Part shown: piece by piece, positions 9,812 to 21,000 of the stretch | Layout of the letters: every line of letters starts with the position of its first letter | How positions within the stretch are numbered: the first letter of the stretch is position 1 | Virus record (IMG/VR): IMGVR_UViG_3300021964_007043 | From: a virus | Reading direction: 5' to 3' (one strand) | DNA: 64,000 nt | Translations under genes and position numbers: made by a program | Notes under the pieces: model-generated | The model's database searches: none | Seen by the model: the letters and a program-made list of their open reading frames with translations, nothing else | What the model was told of the DNA's origin: nothing

Positions 9812-10645
9812 TTATCTATATGTTACTCTTACTAATCCTGGTGTACCTTGTAGTCCACAGCGACATACACCGTCTTCTGTTGGCATTGTTCCGCCGCCTA
9901 CTCCTGGCATATAACCGTTACAGCAATATTGGCTTCCTGCAGTACTACCAAGTATACCTATTGCATAGTTTTGTAGTGCTGAGCCGTGTGCATATTTACA
10001 GCATACTTGTGTCCAAACAACGCCGCCACATTTGTTGTTAAGTCCGCCTGGATAAGCAAAACCTATCTTGTCATAGCAGTGATCTTCTAAACATCTGTGC
10101 CAGAAACAACCTGGGTGTCCTTTTACGTTAATGTCTCCACCGTAAGCACATTTTTGCTCACATGTGCAGTATGCATTAGTTGTACAGCAATCTGCAAAAC
10201 AATACCAGCATCCACGTCCGCCGCCTTCTGAACAAACTCTTACAAAGTCGTTTTCAATACTACATACACAGCTATAGTTACCTGCGCATCCTGTCTGATC
10301 TTGTGAGCAGTAAGTAGCACGACCGACTGTAACTCTATAACAATCGCCTATGCCAAACTCTTCACTATTAATACATCTACGTGCCCAAGCACCGGATCCA
10401 CCTGGTCCACCTGCGCCACAGCATGCTGAACGGCCACCGCCGCCACCGCCGCCCCATACATCGAAAATAATCTCTGATGTACCTGATGGAACAATAAACA
10501 CGTTACAACACCAGTCACCGTAAGAGTCAAACTGACACTGCTGACATGTAGCCTGTGCTACCCATTGTTTTCCAGGTACAGCGCCGGCTTGTCCTGCTAG
10601 ATCTGCTGCTGTTTCTATGTTTAGTAAATCTCTTAAACTTGCCAT
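9812..10645 (-). CDS. Cys-rich, Gly-rich-motif protein (paralog 3), putative adhesin tip
   Basis: 30 Cys in 277 aa (hand count); VWGGGGGGG, PGGSGAW, C-terminal GLVRVTYR. Confidence 0.75.
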   Translation of the reverse strand: MASLRDLLNIETAADLAGQAGAVPGKQWVAQATCQQCQFDSYGDWCCNVFIVPSGTSEIIFDVWGGGGGGGRSACCGAGGPGGSGAWARRCINSEEFGIGDCYRVTVGRATYCSQDQTGCAGNYSCVCSIENDFVRVCSEGGGRGCWYCFADCCTTNAYCTCEQKCAYGGDINVKGHPGCFWHRCLEDHCYDKIGFAYPGGLNNKCGGVVWTQVCCKYAHGSALQNYAIGILGSTAGSQYCCNGYMPGVGGGTMPTEDGVCRCGLQGTPGLVRVTYR

Positions 10646-10654
10646 TTCCTGTCC

Positions 10655-11560
10655 TTATTTATATGTGATTCTTACTTGTCCAGAACCGCCTGGGTTACCA
10701 CAGCAAGTACCATCACCACATGTTGTCATACTTACACCGCCCATTGCTCTTGGGAAGTTATAGTGTCCGTGATCTGGTCCGTTTACTGAACATTGTGTGT
10801 ATTCATTATTACATGCCCAACCTTGTACACGAACACCGTTATGCATTCCGCCGGTTGAAACTATACCTGGTGAGTTTGGAACCCATTGTTTTACCCAACA
10901 CGGTGTACAATCTGATCCGCAACCACAATAGTTTGTATACCAACCTGGAACACCATATTCGCCGCAGTCTGCACCAAAGTATTCTGAACAGCATCCGCTA
11001 CGACCCATATAGTGCCAGCCATAGTCTACGCCACGTCCGTCACCGTTTGGTCCTGAAATACAACACTGTCTAATATAGCAGAAGCAGTTAACATATCCGC
11101 CAAATCCGCCATCTGCACAAAAGTTAGTTAATCCGTTACCTGTAACATATGATTTACATCCACGGCAACCAATACATTGACAACAGCACCAACGTCCGCC
11201 GTTTCCTGAACACAACAAGTAGCAGTCACCGTCTGAAAAATCTGTGCTAGTAATACTTTTTACAGCCCAAGAACCAGATCCACCTGGAATACCTCCATGA
11301 CAGCCACGCATACCTGCGCCGGCGCCGCCACCGCCCCAGATTTCAATCTTCATGCCAGTTGTGCCTGCTGGCACACACCAGTAACAAACTAAGTTTGCGT
11401 TGTAAGCATCACAACAAGTAGGACCATTCATCGATGGATGACAGAATGTGTCAACAGTAAACATTTTACCGTCATAGCCGGTAACTTCAATAGTTCCGCC
11501 ATCGATTTCGCTTTGTGTTACTTGTTCATATTTTCCAAATAAGTCTCTTAATCCTGCCAT
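10655..11560 (-). CDS. Cys-rich, Gly-rich-motif protein (paralog 2), putative adhesin tip
   Basis: 31 Cys in 301 aa; IWGGGGAG, PGGSGSW, NFCADGG, C-terminal GQVRITYK. Confidence 0.75.
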   Translation of the reverse strand: MAGLRDLFGKYEQVTQSEIDGGTIEVTGYDGKMFTVDTFCHPSMNGPTCCDAYNANLVCYWCVPAGTTGMKIEIWGGGGAGAGMRGCHGGIPGGSGSWAVKSITSTDFSDGDCYLLCSGNGGRWCCCQCIGCRGCKSYVTGNGLTNFCADGGFGGYVNCFCYIRQCCISGPNGDGRGVDYGWHYMGRSGCCSEYFGADCGEYGVPGWYTNYCGCGSDCTPCWVKQWVPNSPGIVSTGGMHNGVRVQGWACNNEYTQCSVNGPDHGHYNFPRAMGGVSMTTCGDGTCCGNPGGSGQVRITYK

Positions 11561-11561
11561 T

Positions 11562-12446
11562 TTACTTCCAATTTATCCTTACTAAACCAGGACCGCCACC
11601 CCAGCCGCAGCAACAACCGTCGCCGCATACTCTAGTACTGTTACCACCTACTCCGATTGGAATATTTTCGCTATCGCCTCTCATGCCTGCTGCCATAAAG
11701 CCGCCTGCTTTACATCTATCATGATACGCTTCTACGTTACCGCAGAATCTTACTAAATGATAAACAGTATCGTTGTTACCGTCAAACGGTGGTCCTGCAA
11801 ATATTTGTGAATAATAACACCAGTTACTGTCACAATGGAAGTTTGCGTATAAAAATCCATGTCTACCTGGAACACCAGTTACTGTTGGATCTGTGCAATC
11901 ATAATAACAAGCACATGTTCCATCATTTGGGTGTGGACACATACCTGTCCAGTTACCGCCACATCCTGTCATACAGAACAACGTACAACCCGGCTCTCCG
12001 CCATCTGCACAGAAGTTGCTTAGTCCTGAACCTATAATCCAGCTTTTGCAGCCTTTGTATCCACAAGTTTCGTTTGGCGAGCAACAACTTGCTGGAGAAA
12101 TACACATACAATAGCAAGTTCCTTTTGCTGTTGCAATTTCTGCTTGTGTAAATGTTTTCTTTACATATGCTCCAGACCCGCCTGGCCAACCAAAGTTACA
12201 ACCACACGTTCCACTACCAGCGCCGCCTCCGCCGCCGCCCCAGACTTCCATAGTAACTGTGCTTGTTACGTCGGAAGGTAGTTGCCACCAGTCAATACAG
12301 TTTTTTCCATATGATGTTTCATATTGCTGTGTACATCTTGTATGAAAGTACATTGACTCGTAGTCACCTTCCATATAGGCTGGCTGCGGTCCTGCATTTA
12401 ATGAGTCAACACTTCCTTTGTCTAGTAGTGATCGTAGTGATGCCAT
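11562..12446 (-). CDS. Cys-rich, Gly-rich-motif protein (paralog 1), putative adhesin tip
   Basis: 27 Cys in 294 aa; VWGGGGGGAG, PGGSGAY, NFCADGG, C-terminal GLVRINWK. Confidence 0.75.
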   Translation of the reverse strand: MASLRSLLDKGSVDSLNAGPQPAYMEGDYESMYFHTRCTQQYETSYGKNCIDWWQLPSDVTSTVTMEVWGGGGGGAGSGTCGCNFGWPGGSGAYVKKTFTQAEIATAKGTCYCMCISPASCCSPNETCGYKGCKSWIIGSGLSNFCADGGEPGCTLFCMTGCGGNWTGMCPHPNDGTCACYYDCTDPTVTGVPGRHGFLYANFHCDSNWCYYSQIFAGPPFDGNNDTVYHLVRFCGNVEAYHDRCKAGGFMAAGMRGDSENIPIGVGGNSTRVCGDGCCCGWGGGPGLVRINWK

Positions 12447-12449
12447 ATC

Positions 12450-12782
12450 TTATGTTCCTATAATAATCCAACCGTATGTTGATCCGCTATACATAAGTGT
12501 AATAGATGCACCATTTAGGTCTAAATCTAAATTATCACTTGCGCCTTGTATTAGTGAACCGTTTCTTGATAATGTTACTGCATTAGTTCCAAAACTAGAA
12601 GTAACATCAATTATTTGAATAGTGTCGTTTACTAACAAACTTGAGTTAACAGGTAAAGTGATTGTAAAAGCACTGACTGTTGTATCTGCAAGAATACGGT
12701 CATTAACTTCGGCTGTATAGGTTCCACTTACTTCACGAATTACTGTAGAAGCTGTTCCGGTCTCTGTAATAAATCTTCCCAT
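12450..12782 (-). CDS. Stand-alone tail-fibre beta-sandwich domain (connector-like), 110 aa
   Basis: ADTTVSAFTITLP...DTIQIID...FGTNAVTLSRNG...DLDL pattern typical of T4-like fibre proximal repeats; late promoter at 12805-12812. Confidence 0.65.
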   Translation of the reverse strand: MGRFITETGTASTVIREVSGTYTAEVNDRILADTTVSAFTITLPVNSSLLVNDTIQIIDVTSSFGTNAVTLSRNGSLIQGASDNLDLDLNGASITLMYSGSTYGWIIIGT

Positions 12783-12808
12783 TGTAGTAGTTTCCTTTGT
12801 TAATGTAT

Positions 12809-13129
12809 TTATGCCGTTGAGGTCTCAATTCCAAATGCAACTGCTGAAACATTTTCAGCACTTGAATAAGCTACTATTCTTTTGGTTGCATCTAGAACAA
12901 TACCTGTTCTTTCCAAGACACCTTTAGCTTGTATAGTGGTGTCATATTCTATATATTCGTCTGCTGTTGCGGTGTCTGCTACGCACACTGCAAGTCGTAC
13001 AGTGATTGCAGCATTACCTCTATTACAGAACGAAACACTTGTTACAGCAAATGTATCTGCAGGAACAGTATACAGAACTGTTTCTGTACCTGCTGCCATA
13101 TCTGCTGTTCCTAATATTCCTGTTGCCAT
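12809..13129 (-). CDS. Small adaptor-like virion protein (106 aa), paralog of 24259..24588 and 31147..31482
   Basis: Same size class and pattern (LYTVP...CN...L-x-L-x-x-x-x-R/K-I/L...E/I). Confidence 0.7.
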   Translation of the reverse strand: MATGILGTADMAAGTETVLYTVPADTFAVTSVSFCNRGNAAITVRLAVCVADTATADEYIEYDTTIQAKGVLERTGIVLDATKRIVAYSSAENVSAVAFGIETSTA

Positions 13130-13144
13130 TTTGTTTTGTCTCCG

Positions 13145-16100
13145 TTATGATAAGAAATAATTCATTGCTACTGGTACGCCCGTAACACCTTTTTCAAAGT
13201 TCATTACTGTTTGAACATCAATTTTGGTTTCAAGGTTAGTGGTTATTTCTTGACCACTAATAGTAATCTGACCAGCAGTTACACTATTTACGTTTAGTGT
13301 TGCTGCGCCGCCACCAATTTGTGAAGTAATATATGTTTTAATAGCTTTTTGCGTTGGAACAATATTATCACTATTAGCAGTAAACGTACCATCTGTACTA
13401 AACTCACTAATCACCGCACCTGTGCTTCCTAATCCAAGTTCGCCTAGTGACAGTTCTTGTAGACCACTGATATTAAATGCATCAGCATTTAGTGTAGCAA
13501 TACCAGTACTCTGTTCAACGGAGAACAAGTCGCCAACTCTAAAGTTACCATCTTGGTCCGTTGAGGTGAAGAACACTCGTCCTCCTCCTGATTCTGTAGT
13601 TTCTTTTTCTGGATCCGAATCATACAAAGGTTGATTTGGATAGTTTGTTTCTGAAAAGTTACCAGTACCAATGTCTAAGAAGTCATGACCTGTTAGACGT
13701 ACTTGAGAGTAACGTATTCTCATTTCTAAGGATTCGTTGTGTTCAGGTGCTTCTGTAATAGTAAGTTCTGGTGACACTTGTAACTGTGCTGAATAAGGAC
13801 CTGCACCTGAAAAATCTCTTACTGTAACAAGTTTAAACACTTTATCTGGTAAATGGTTAAACACAATATTTGAACCAGGCTGTGGTTCTTCTGTAAGATT
13901 TGATACTTCTACAAAATCTCCTGGTTGATACTGATCTGCATAACCGTCTCCGCTTACTTCTGCTGTAGCAGTAGTAAATGCTGTACCTCTGTCTGAGAAT
14001 GTAGGTTGTGCAAGTACACCGTCGCCTATTCTAACTTGAGTAGGTGCTTCGATAGTATTGTTAGGATCTGTAATAGTTAGTGTAGGAGCACTTGTGTATC
14101 CTGTGCCTGGATCCCAAATAACAATACGTGCAATTTGTTCGTCAGCTATAATAGCACGACCTTTTGCAGTATCTGCGTATAATCCACTTGGTGGAGCACT
14201 AAGTGTTAATCTCGGTTCGATTGAATATTCAGTTGTAGCATCAAGCGCACTTACAATAGCATTTCCGATCACATGATCCCAACCAGCTGTACCATCACTC
14301 ATTTTGTATACTTGAGCAACCTTTGTACCTTGGTTATAGCTGTTAATGTATCCATACTGTCCTGCACCTGTTCCTGCTGTAATATATATTGCCATACCAA
14401 TGTATTGCGCACTTAAAGCAGTATCAGTGTTTGAAATAGTAATACTAGTTGCATCACCTTCCTGCGCACTATTTGTTGAACCTTTATAATCGGCTCCGCC
14501 AGTGTCTGCTGTGCTGTCTCCGTCTACATCAGTATCTAACATTCTAACTTGAAAGACGCCACCATTTACAGTAGTAGGTGTTACAGTACCTAAGCCATAA
14601 CCTTCACCGCTAATGCTAATAGTTGTGCCGCCTGCTGTATAGTTCTGTCCTGCATTTAAGTAGTTGAGAACAAGTACATCATCACCATCTGTCATAACAC
14701 TATCAACAATAGCATCAAGTGTCCTGTTGTCTACATCAGCAGTTACAGGAACTTCTGTGTCATCAATACCTTCTGATACTGAACCAAAGTCACCGTATGA
14801 GTTGTTACCGTTTGTTGCACGGATCTTACCACCGTTCTCTGCTAGGTAACCAATATGGTTATAATATGTAAACACAGATACAAGTTCTGAACGTCCTAAG
14901 TTTGTAACCCAATAACCAATACCGTCACTTAAGATTTGTGTAAAGTCGTTAGCAACAATAGAGTCGTTACCACCGTTGTGTAGATCACCGTCTACTTTTA
15001 GACCTATACAACCTGTACCGAATGTTGAAACATTTTGTACATATGGGGATTTGTTTGTTACCCAAACTCTAGAATCATCTGGTCCCCAACCTGGATCTAA
15101 TGATACATATGCTCCAGCTGTAGGACGACTTGTTCCGTACTGATTAGCAGCACTTAATGTACCTGTTAAATCAGCTAGTGTACAATTTCTTAGCCCAGTA
15201 GCATTACGCATATAGAACATATCTTCTGTAGTTGATCCGTTTACAGCATTTACATATAGTCTTGCTGCACTAAGTGACTTATAGTTACCTTTAGTTTCTA
15301 CTGGTGTTGCTGAAGAATCTGGCTGATATATAAGATCATATTTGATAGCGTCAATATATCTGTTTGTATCTCTACGACACCTGTCTTCGTCGTATGTATA
15401 TGCAGGATAAGTAGCAGCAATGTATGCAATAACTTCCTCTACTAAGAATGTTCTGTTTGCTTCTAGTACTTCAACAGCATATGTGAAGTCTGTTGAAGTT
15501 TGAGGAGTATTTGTTCCATTAAATACAGGTTCTGTTGAGTCACCTGATGCACCGTTTACACCCCAGTTAATATAATCATAAATTTGTTGCCACAAATCAG
15601 CTGCATGAATAGCAGGATTAGCTCCGCCTGCTGGACGGGTTGTAACTTGTGATTCAGCATTACCTGCTGTCTTTGTAACTGCTGTATTTGTAACAATATC
15701 TTCTGTAAGTGATTGTAGTCTAGCAATACCCGCTAGTGTATAAGTTGTATCACCACTATCTACTAAGCTGCCTGCTGGCGTAATACGTGTTGAACGTAGT
15801 TCATCGCCTACAACTGCTGTTTGTACAGGAACAACCATCGGAAGTGTTTCTGAGTAAATTCCAGTTTTAACAAACAATGAATTGTTTGGAATAACTTGAG
15901 CAGGAACATCTGCCGAGCTTTCTGCATCTAGTGCATCTGTTACAATAGCCATCAGTGTATCAAGTCTAGTTTGTGCACCAGTCTCTTCAGGATATGTAGC
16001 TAAATCTTTTACTTGTGTTATCGGACTACCTACAGCATTTTCAGTTTGATAGTTTGTTGCAGGATCAATACTTTGTAGTATAGCACTATCAATAAGTTCT

Positions 16101-17986
16101 AGTGTATACTTTAGTGCTGCTGATGTTTCACCATCTTCGTCAGCAATTTCTGCGATTAAGTCGCCGCTGCTGTCAAAGTAAGTAAGTGTAGCATCACGCA
16201 TACGCTTATTACCGCCGTGTGTTAAATCCCAAATAAGTGCATCAATGATTTGACCTACGTCTCTACGGCATGTTTCTTTTGTGTATGTAAATGATCCAGT
16301 AAATGGAGCAATAACGTTTGCAATCTGATAGTCAACCCACTCAACTGTTTCTGCTTGTATAAATGCTCTATTTGCTTCGAGTATATATGCAGCGTTTGGA
16401 TATAGAGCACCTTTTTCAATCTGCTCTAGTGCATAGCGTATAGTTTTCCAAGGTTGATCAAGTGTAGTACCGTAGTTTGGTGCTGGACTGTCAACCCCAT
16501 TGTCTGTTGATGTATACCATACGTGATTAATCTTTCCAAAGAAGCTCCACTCGGGTGCATCACCTGTTGCGTTTACTCTTAGTGATTGCCCTGGATCACC
16601 GATTGGTAATCTTGTTGGACCTGCGCCGCCGTAGTAAACTATATCACCTTCAGTTGTAAGCGGAAGTGTTTCGCCTCCTCCTGATAGCAGGTTCCAGTAG
16701 TCTCCTGTTACATCTTGATCTGGTCTGTTTTGTGTACCAACTTCGTCTGAAGTATGTTTTTGCACTGCAATATAACTGCTGCTTCCGTAGCGCACTGCAT
16801 CGCCCAAATCATATTCGGTTGCATCTGTCCAGGCATCGTTCCATTCAATACCTTGGTTAAGTCTTTCCCAGTATGTTGTGTTCGGAGGCTCTTGTCCTGT
16901 ATGATCAAGAATACATAGATATGTATATCCACCTTGACGTACAACATCACCTACAAAATATTCATAACTACTTGAATCTTCGCCCCAATCTCCAACTAGT
17001 CTAAAACCAGTAGTAAATAGATCCCAATCTGTTGGATTATCCGATGGACGTTGTCCTACGTTATTTGTAATAGCAACATATGAGTAACCACCGTATGTTA
17101 CAAAATCGCCTGCTTGATATCTACGTGTGCCGCTCCAGCTATCTTCAAACTCTAAACCTTCAGTAAACTGAGCCCATTTTGCTTCATCATCTGATAGGTA
17201 GTTTTGACTTGTGTGGTATGTTGTACAAATCCAAATACCTCCGCCTGATTTTACTAAATCGTTTAGTTTATATCTTGTACCAGAGGCCCATTCTCCTTTG
17301 TATTCAATACCGTCATGGAAAATATCCCAACTTGCTTGGTTTGCTTCTAGTCCTAGTGCTGCTGTTAAAGCACTTACATGACCTGTGTTACAAAGATAAG
17401 TTCTACCACCGTAACGAATAATATCATTTACAAGATATCTTGTGTTAGTTTGCCAATCTCCCTGCCAACTTACACCTTGAGAAAACACATCCCACTTGTC
17501 TTGATCTACTTCAAGACCTGTTAGTGAGTCTGCTGCCGAAGTATGGCCTTCTGTACATAGATAGATAGTTGAGTTATACTTTACAATGTCGTTAATTTTG
17601 TAGCGATAGTTTGGCTGCCAATCTGCTTGATAATCAAAACCTTCAGCATACAAATCCCATTTAGCTTGATCGTTTTCTAATCCTGCTGTGGCTGTTACTG
17701 CTGAAGTGTGTGCAGTATTTGCAATATATAAATAACCGCCATATTTTACAATATCGTTTTCTTTATAATATGTGCTAACTGCCCAATCTGCTTTCCACTC
17801 TTGGCCATCTGTTATTTTATTCCAGTTTGACTGATCATCTGGAAAACTAATACTAGATGTATGTCCTGTTATACATACATATGTATTACCACCGTTCCTT
17901 ACGATGTCATCTTTGTAATATGTAGTTGAGGCACTCCAGTCCCCCTTCCATATAAATCTAATTCTACCAAGTTTAAAATCAGCCAT
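13145..17986 (-). CDS. 1613-aa fibre/spike protein with N-terminal CBM5/12-like W-Y repeats and a central beta-helix-like region
   Basis: About 9 repeats of W-x-G-x-W...Y...D-x-V-x-Y-G-G-x-x-Y-x-C...HTS; paralogous to 18029..23854 over several blocks. Confidence 0.75.
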   Translation of the reverse strand: MADFKLGRIRFIWKGDWSASTTYYKDDIVRNGGNTYVCITGHTSSISFPDDQSNWNKITDGQEWKADWAVSTYYKENDIVKYGGYLYIANTAHTSAVTATAGLENDQAKWDLYAEGFDYQADWQPNYRYKINDIVKYNSTIYLCTEGHTSAADSLTGLEVDQDKWDVFSQGVSWQGDWQTNTRYLVNDIIRYGGRTYLCNTGHVSALTAALGLEANQASWDIFHDGIEYKGEWASGTRYKLNDLVKSGGGIWICTTYHTSQNYLSDDEAKWAQFTEGLEFEDSWSGTRRYQAGDFVTYGGYSYVAITNNVGQRPSDNPTDWDLFTTGFRLVGDWGEDSSSYEYFVGDVVRQGGYTYLCILDHTGQEPPNTTYWERLNQGIEWNDAWTDATEYDLGDAVRYGSSSYIAVQKHTSDEVGTQNRPDQDVTGDYWNLLSGGGETLPLTTEGDIVYYGGAGPTRLPIGDPGQSLRVNATGDAPEWSFFGKINHVWYTSTDNGVDSPAPNYGTTLDQPWKTIRYALEQIEKGALYPNAAYILEANRAFIQAETVEWVDYQIANVIAPFTGSFTYTKETCRRDVGQIIDALIWDLTHGGNKRMRDATLTYFDSSGDLIAEIADEDGETSAALKYTLELIDSAILQSIDPATNYQTENAVGSPITQVKDLATYPEETGAQTRLDTLMAIVTDALDAESSADVPAQVIPNNSLFVKTGIYSETLPMVVPVQTAVVGDELRSTRITPAGSLVDSGDTTYTLAGIARLQSLTEDIVTNTAVTKTAGNAESQVTTRPAGGANPAIHAADLWQQIYDYINWGVNGASGDSTEPVFNGTNTPQTSTDFTYAVEVLEANRTFLVEEVIAYIAATYPAYTYDEDRCRRDTNRYIDAIKYDLIYQPDSSATPVETKGNYKSLSAARLYVNAVNGSTTEDMFYMRNATGLRNCTLADLTGTLSAANQYGTSRPTAGAYVSLDPGWGPDDSRVWVTNKSPYVQNVSTFGTGCIGLKVDGDLHNGGNDSIVANDFTQILSDGIGYWVTNLGRSELVSVFTYYNHIGYLAENGGKIRATNGNNSYGDFGSVSEGIDDTEVPVTADVDNRTLDAIVDSVMTDGDDVLVLNYLNAGQNYTAGGTTISISGEGYGLGTVTPTTVNGGVFQVRMLDTDVDGDSTADTGGADYKGSTNSAQEGDATSITISNTDTALSAQYIGMAIYITAGTGAGQYGYINSYNQGTKVAQVYKMSDGTAGWDHVIGNAIVSALDATTEYSIEPRLTLSAPPSGLYADTAKGRAIIADEQIARIVIWDPGTGYTSAPTLTITDPNNTIEAPTQVRIGDGVLAQPTFSDRGTAFTTATAEVSGDGYADQYQPGDFVEVSNLTEEPQPGSNIVFNHLPDKVFKLVTVRDFSGAGPYSAQLQVSPELTITEAPEHNESLEMRIRYSQVRLTGHDFLDIGTGNFSETNYPNQPLYDSDPEKETTESGGGRVFFTSTDQDGNFRVGDLFSVEQSTGIATLNADAFNISGLQELSLGELGLGSTGAVISEFSTDGTFTANSDNIVPTQKAIKTYITSQIGGGAATLNVNSVTAGQITISGQEITTNLETKIDVQTVMNFEKGVTGVPVAMNYFLS

Positions 17987-18028
17987 TTATTGCTCCGAAA
18001 TCATTGTTGTAAGTATTTATCGTATTCA

Positions 18029-21000
18029 TTACTCATGTTGTCCCATAGTGTAGAACATACTGGCGAAATAATGTCCATCTACGCCGCCATTGACGTTCAT
18101 TACAGGTGGTACTATTATTGGGTTACCACTTGTTGTATCTATATTATTTTGTTGCAGCCTGACTTGTCCTGCTACTAGTGCGTTAGTTTGTACATTAGAT
18201 CCACCGCCACTTATTCTACTTTCAATATAGGTTTTAATAGCACGTTGGGTAGGAACAATGTTATTTGAGTTTGCAATAAAGCTAGGCTCTTTCGAAAACT
18301 CTCTAATAACAACTGCACTACCACCAACTTGAATGCCGCCTAGTGAAAGTTCTGTAAGTCCTGATAAATCAAACTGTGATGCGTTAATAGTAACAATACC
18401 TGTTGCCTGTTCAACTTCAAATAGTTCACCTACTCTAAAGTTACCATCTTGGTCAGAACTTGTATAGAATACACGCCCGCCGCCGTTTGCTACAGTTTCA
18501 TTAAATGGTTGTAACTCGTTAATATCTGTTACACCTTCTACATATCTTAAAGGATATTGTGTATCTCCAAAGTTACCAGAACCTATATCTAAGAAATCAT
18601 GACCTGTTAAACGTATCTGACTATAGCGTTCACGAATAATCATTCCTGTTCCATGATCAGGTGATTCTTCAACATCTATAGTAGGTGTTATTTCAAAAGT
18701 TGCAGTAAAGTTTGGTGCTGTACCACTAAAAGAAACTACTTTTGAAATACTAAATCTCACTTCGTCGATACCGTTTATTTCTAAGTTAGCACCCGGTCCG
18801 GGTATTGTAGTTAACCCTTCTACTTTAAAGTTTTTACCTATTTGATAAATTTCAGCAAACCCGTTTCCTGATATAGTTGCACCAAACTGTACATAACCTT
18901 GACCTCTATACAATAGTTTTGGTTGAGGTAAAACGCCATCTCTAAGATTTATTTGAGGTATTGTAGATATTGTAGCAACATTGTCGTAAATGTTTACTGT
19001 AGGAGCACTTGTGTAGTTGCTTCCAGAATCATAAAGATTTATACCTGTAAGTCTACTTGCTTCAACTTTTGCTCTACCTATAGGTCTTGCACCTGTTTCA
19101 ATCTTATTCCAAGTATCTGAATCGTTTTGTACAACTACCCACTGTCCTGCTCTGTATGCGCTTCCTTCCCAGAAACCTAGTTCTGTTGTAGAATAGTTTG
19201 AACTGTCGTCACCGTAAGTACGCCATGTTGCGCCGCTTTGAGATTTACCAACAAATGTACTTGTACCTGTAGCAATAAACACACCTGCGCCATAGCTTAT
19301 TCTATGTAAATCGCCAAACTCAATAAATCCTGTACCCCATTCTTCTCCGTCAAATGTGTATGGAGTTGGAATATATCCGCCTGCACTATCATCTGCTTCT
19401 CTTCCTATAAACACTAGTCTATTATTACCATAAGCATTATCTGTCATTTCATATGCAGGAGCAAGTCTTGGATTTGAAACTGCTGGAGTAATGTTAGTTC
19501 CGTCAATAGTTCTCCAGTAGTGGCCGTCTGCACTCCAAGCTACATATCCGTAGTCAGCATCAACTGCTAGGAATATACCTTTACTAAACCATTCGTCTGG
19601 TAAATCACCTGTTCTTATTTGACGTTCAATAGCTCTAGTTTCTATGCTTTCGAGTCTTGCAGCTTGTGCTGTTGTAATCGTTGCATCTGATTTGCCCCAG
19701 CCTGTTGCTAGTGCTACATCAGTAGCATTAAAGCTACTGTCATGGTTAATATCACCTATTTCGTAAACTTGATTTGTAGGAATATCTAACCAGAACTGAT
19801 GTCTTTCACCTGTGTTTGTTCCTGCAGATGCTGCTGTCATATCAGTAACCATGTTTTCCCAGTTTACCCAATATTTGCTTTCTAGTGCGCCTACAGATGT
19901 CCATTTAACTTGTGCTGGGCCTCTACCACCGTTTATTTGGCTATTAACCCATGCTGTGCCGTTCCATGACACAACTGTACCATCAGTTGCTAGTATAGCA
20001 ATATTTCCATTTAGTGTAGAAATACTATTCCAATTTTTTGCAGGTGCTGACGAAGAAGCTGACGGCCAAGTTGAACCTCCGTCAGTACTTTCTGCTATCA
20101 GTGCTGTAGGAGCGTTACCTACAGTTCTTAGTGCTGCAACATATTTAGAGCCATTCCAAACAACCCCGGCAACGTCTATTCCTGTACCAACTATACCTCC
20201 GGCTGTACTCCAGTTAGTTCCGTCTGCACTAGTAGCAGCTTGACCGTCTTCAGTCATTGCAAGAAACTCATTGTCACCCCAAATCACATGTTTCCATGCT
20301 GCTGAACTCGGAGCACTTACAGCAGTTGCTACAAAATCTGGTTCTTCAAAAGTTACTTTAGGTTCAATAGCGTATTGTGTTGTTTCGTCTAGAATAGGTT
20401 CTATTAACCATCCCGGTTGATAGTGATCCCAACCTAAACTTCCATCACTTTCTTTTGATACAGTTATTATCTTAGTTGTTTCATTAAACGCTGTAATCTC
20501 AGCATATTGACCTACACCTAGACCTGATATAATACTAATACGTTGTCCAATATACAACTCAGGAGTACCAATATCAGCTGCTGACAGTCTAATACTTCCC
20601 GGTCCGCCTTCCTGTGCATTGTTAACTATATATGTATAGTTTAAACCTCCAGGTATTGTACTGTCGCCTCTTGCTTGTATTCTAACATTTGCAACAGCAC
20701 CATCTCTTATTTCGTCAGGATCATATTCACCAAATCCTAGTTCACCTGATCCGCCAAACTCAATACTTGCAGTACTATAGTCTTGACCAGCATGACTATA
20801 TCCTAGTGCAAATATTTCTTGACGTATTGTTCCATACGTGAAGGCTTCGTCAACCTGTGCTTCATTGTGTTGGTTATCAACAGTTGCTTCTATAGGCACT
20901 TCGTTTTCGTCAAAGCCTTCTGCAACTGAACCATATAATCCGTAAGAGTTGTTACCGTTTGTTGCACGAACAATACCGCCATTTGTACACAAATACCCAA

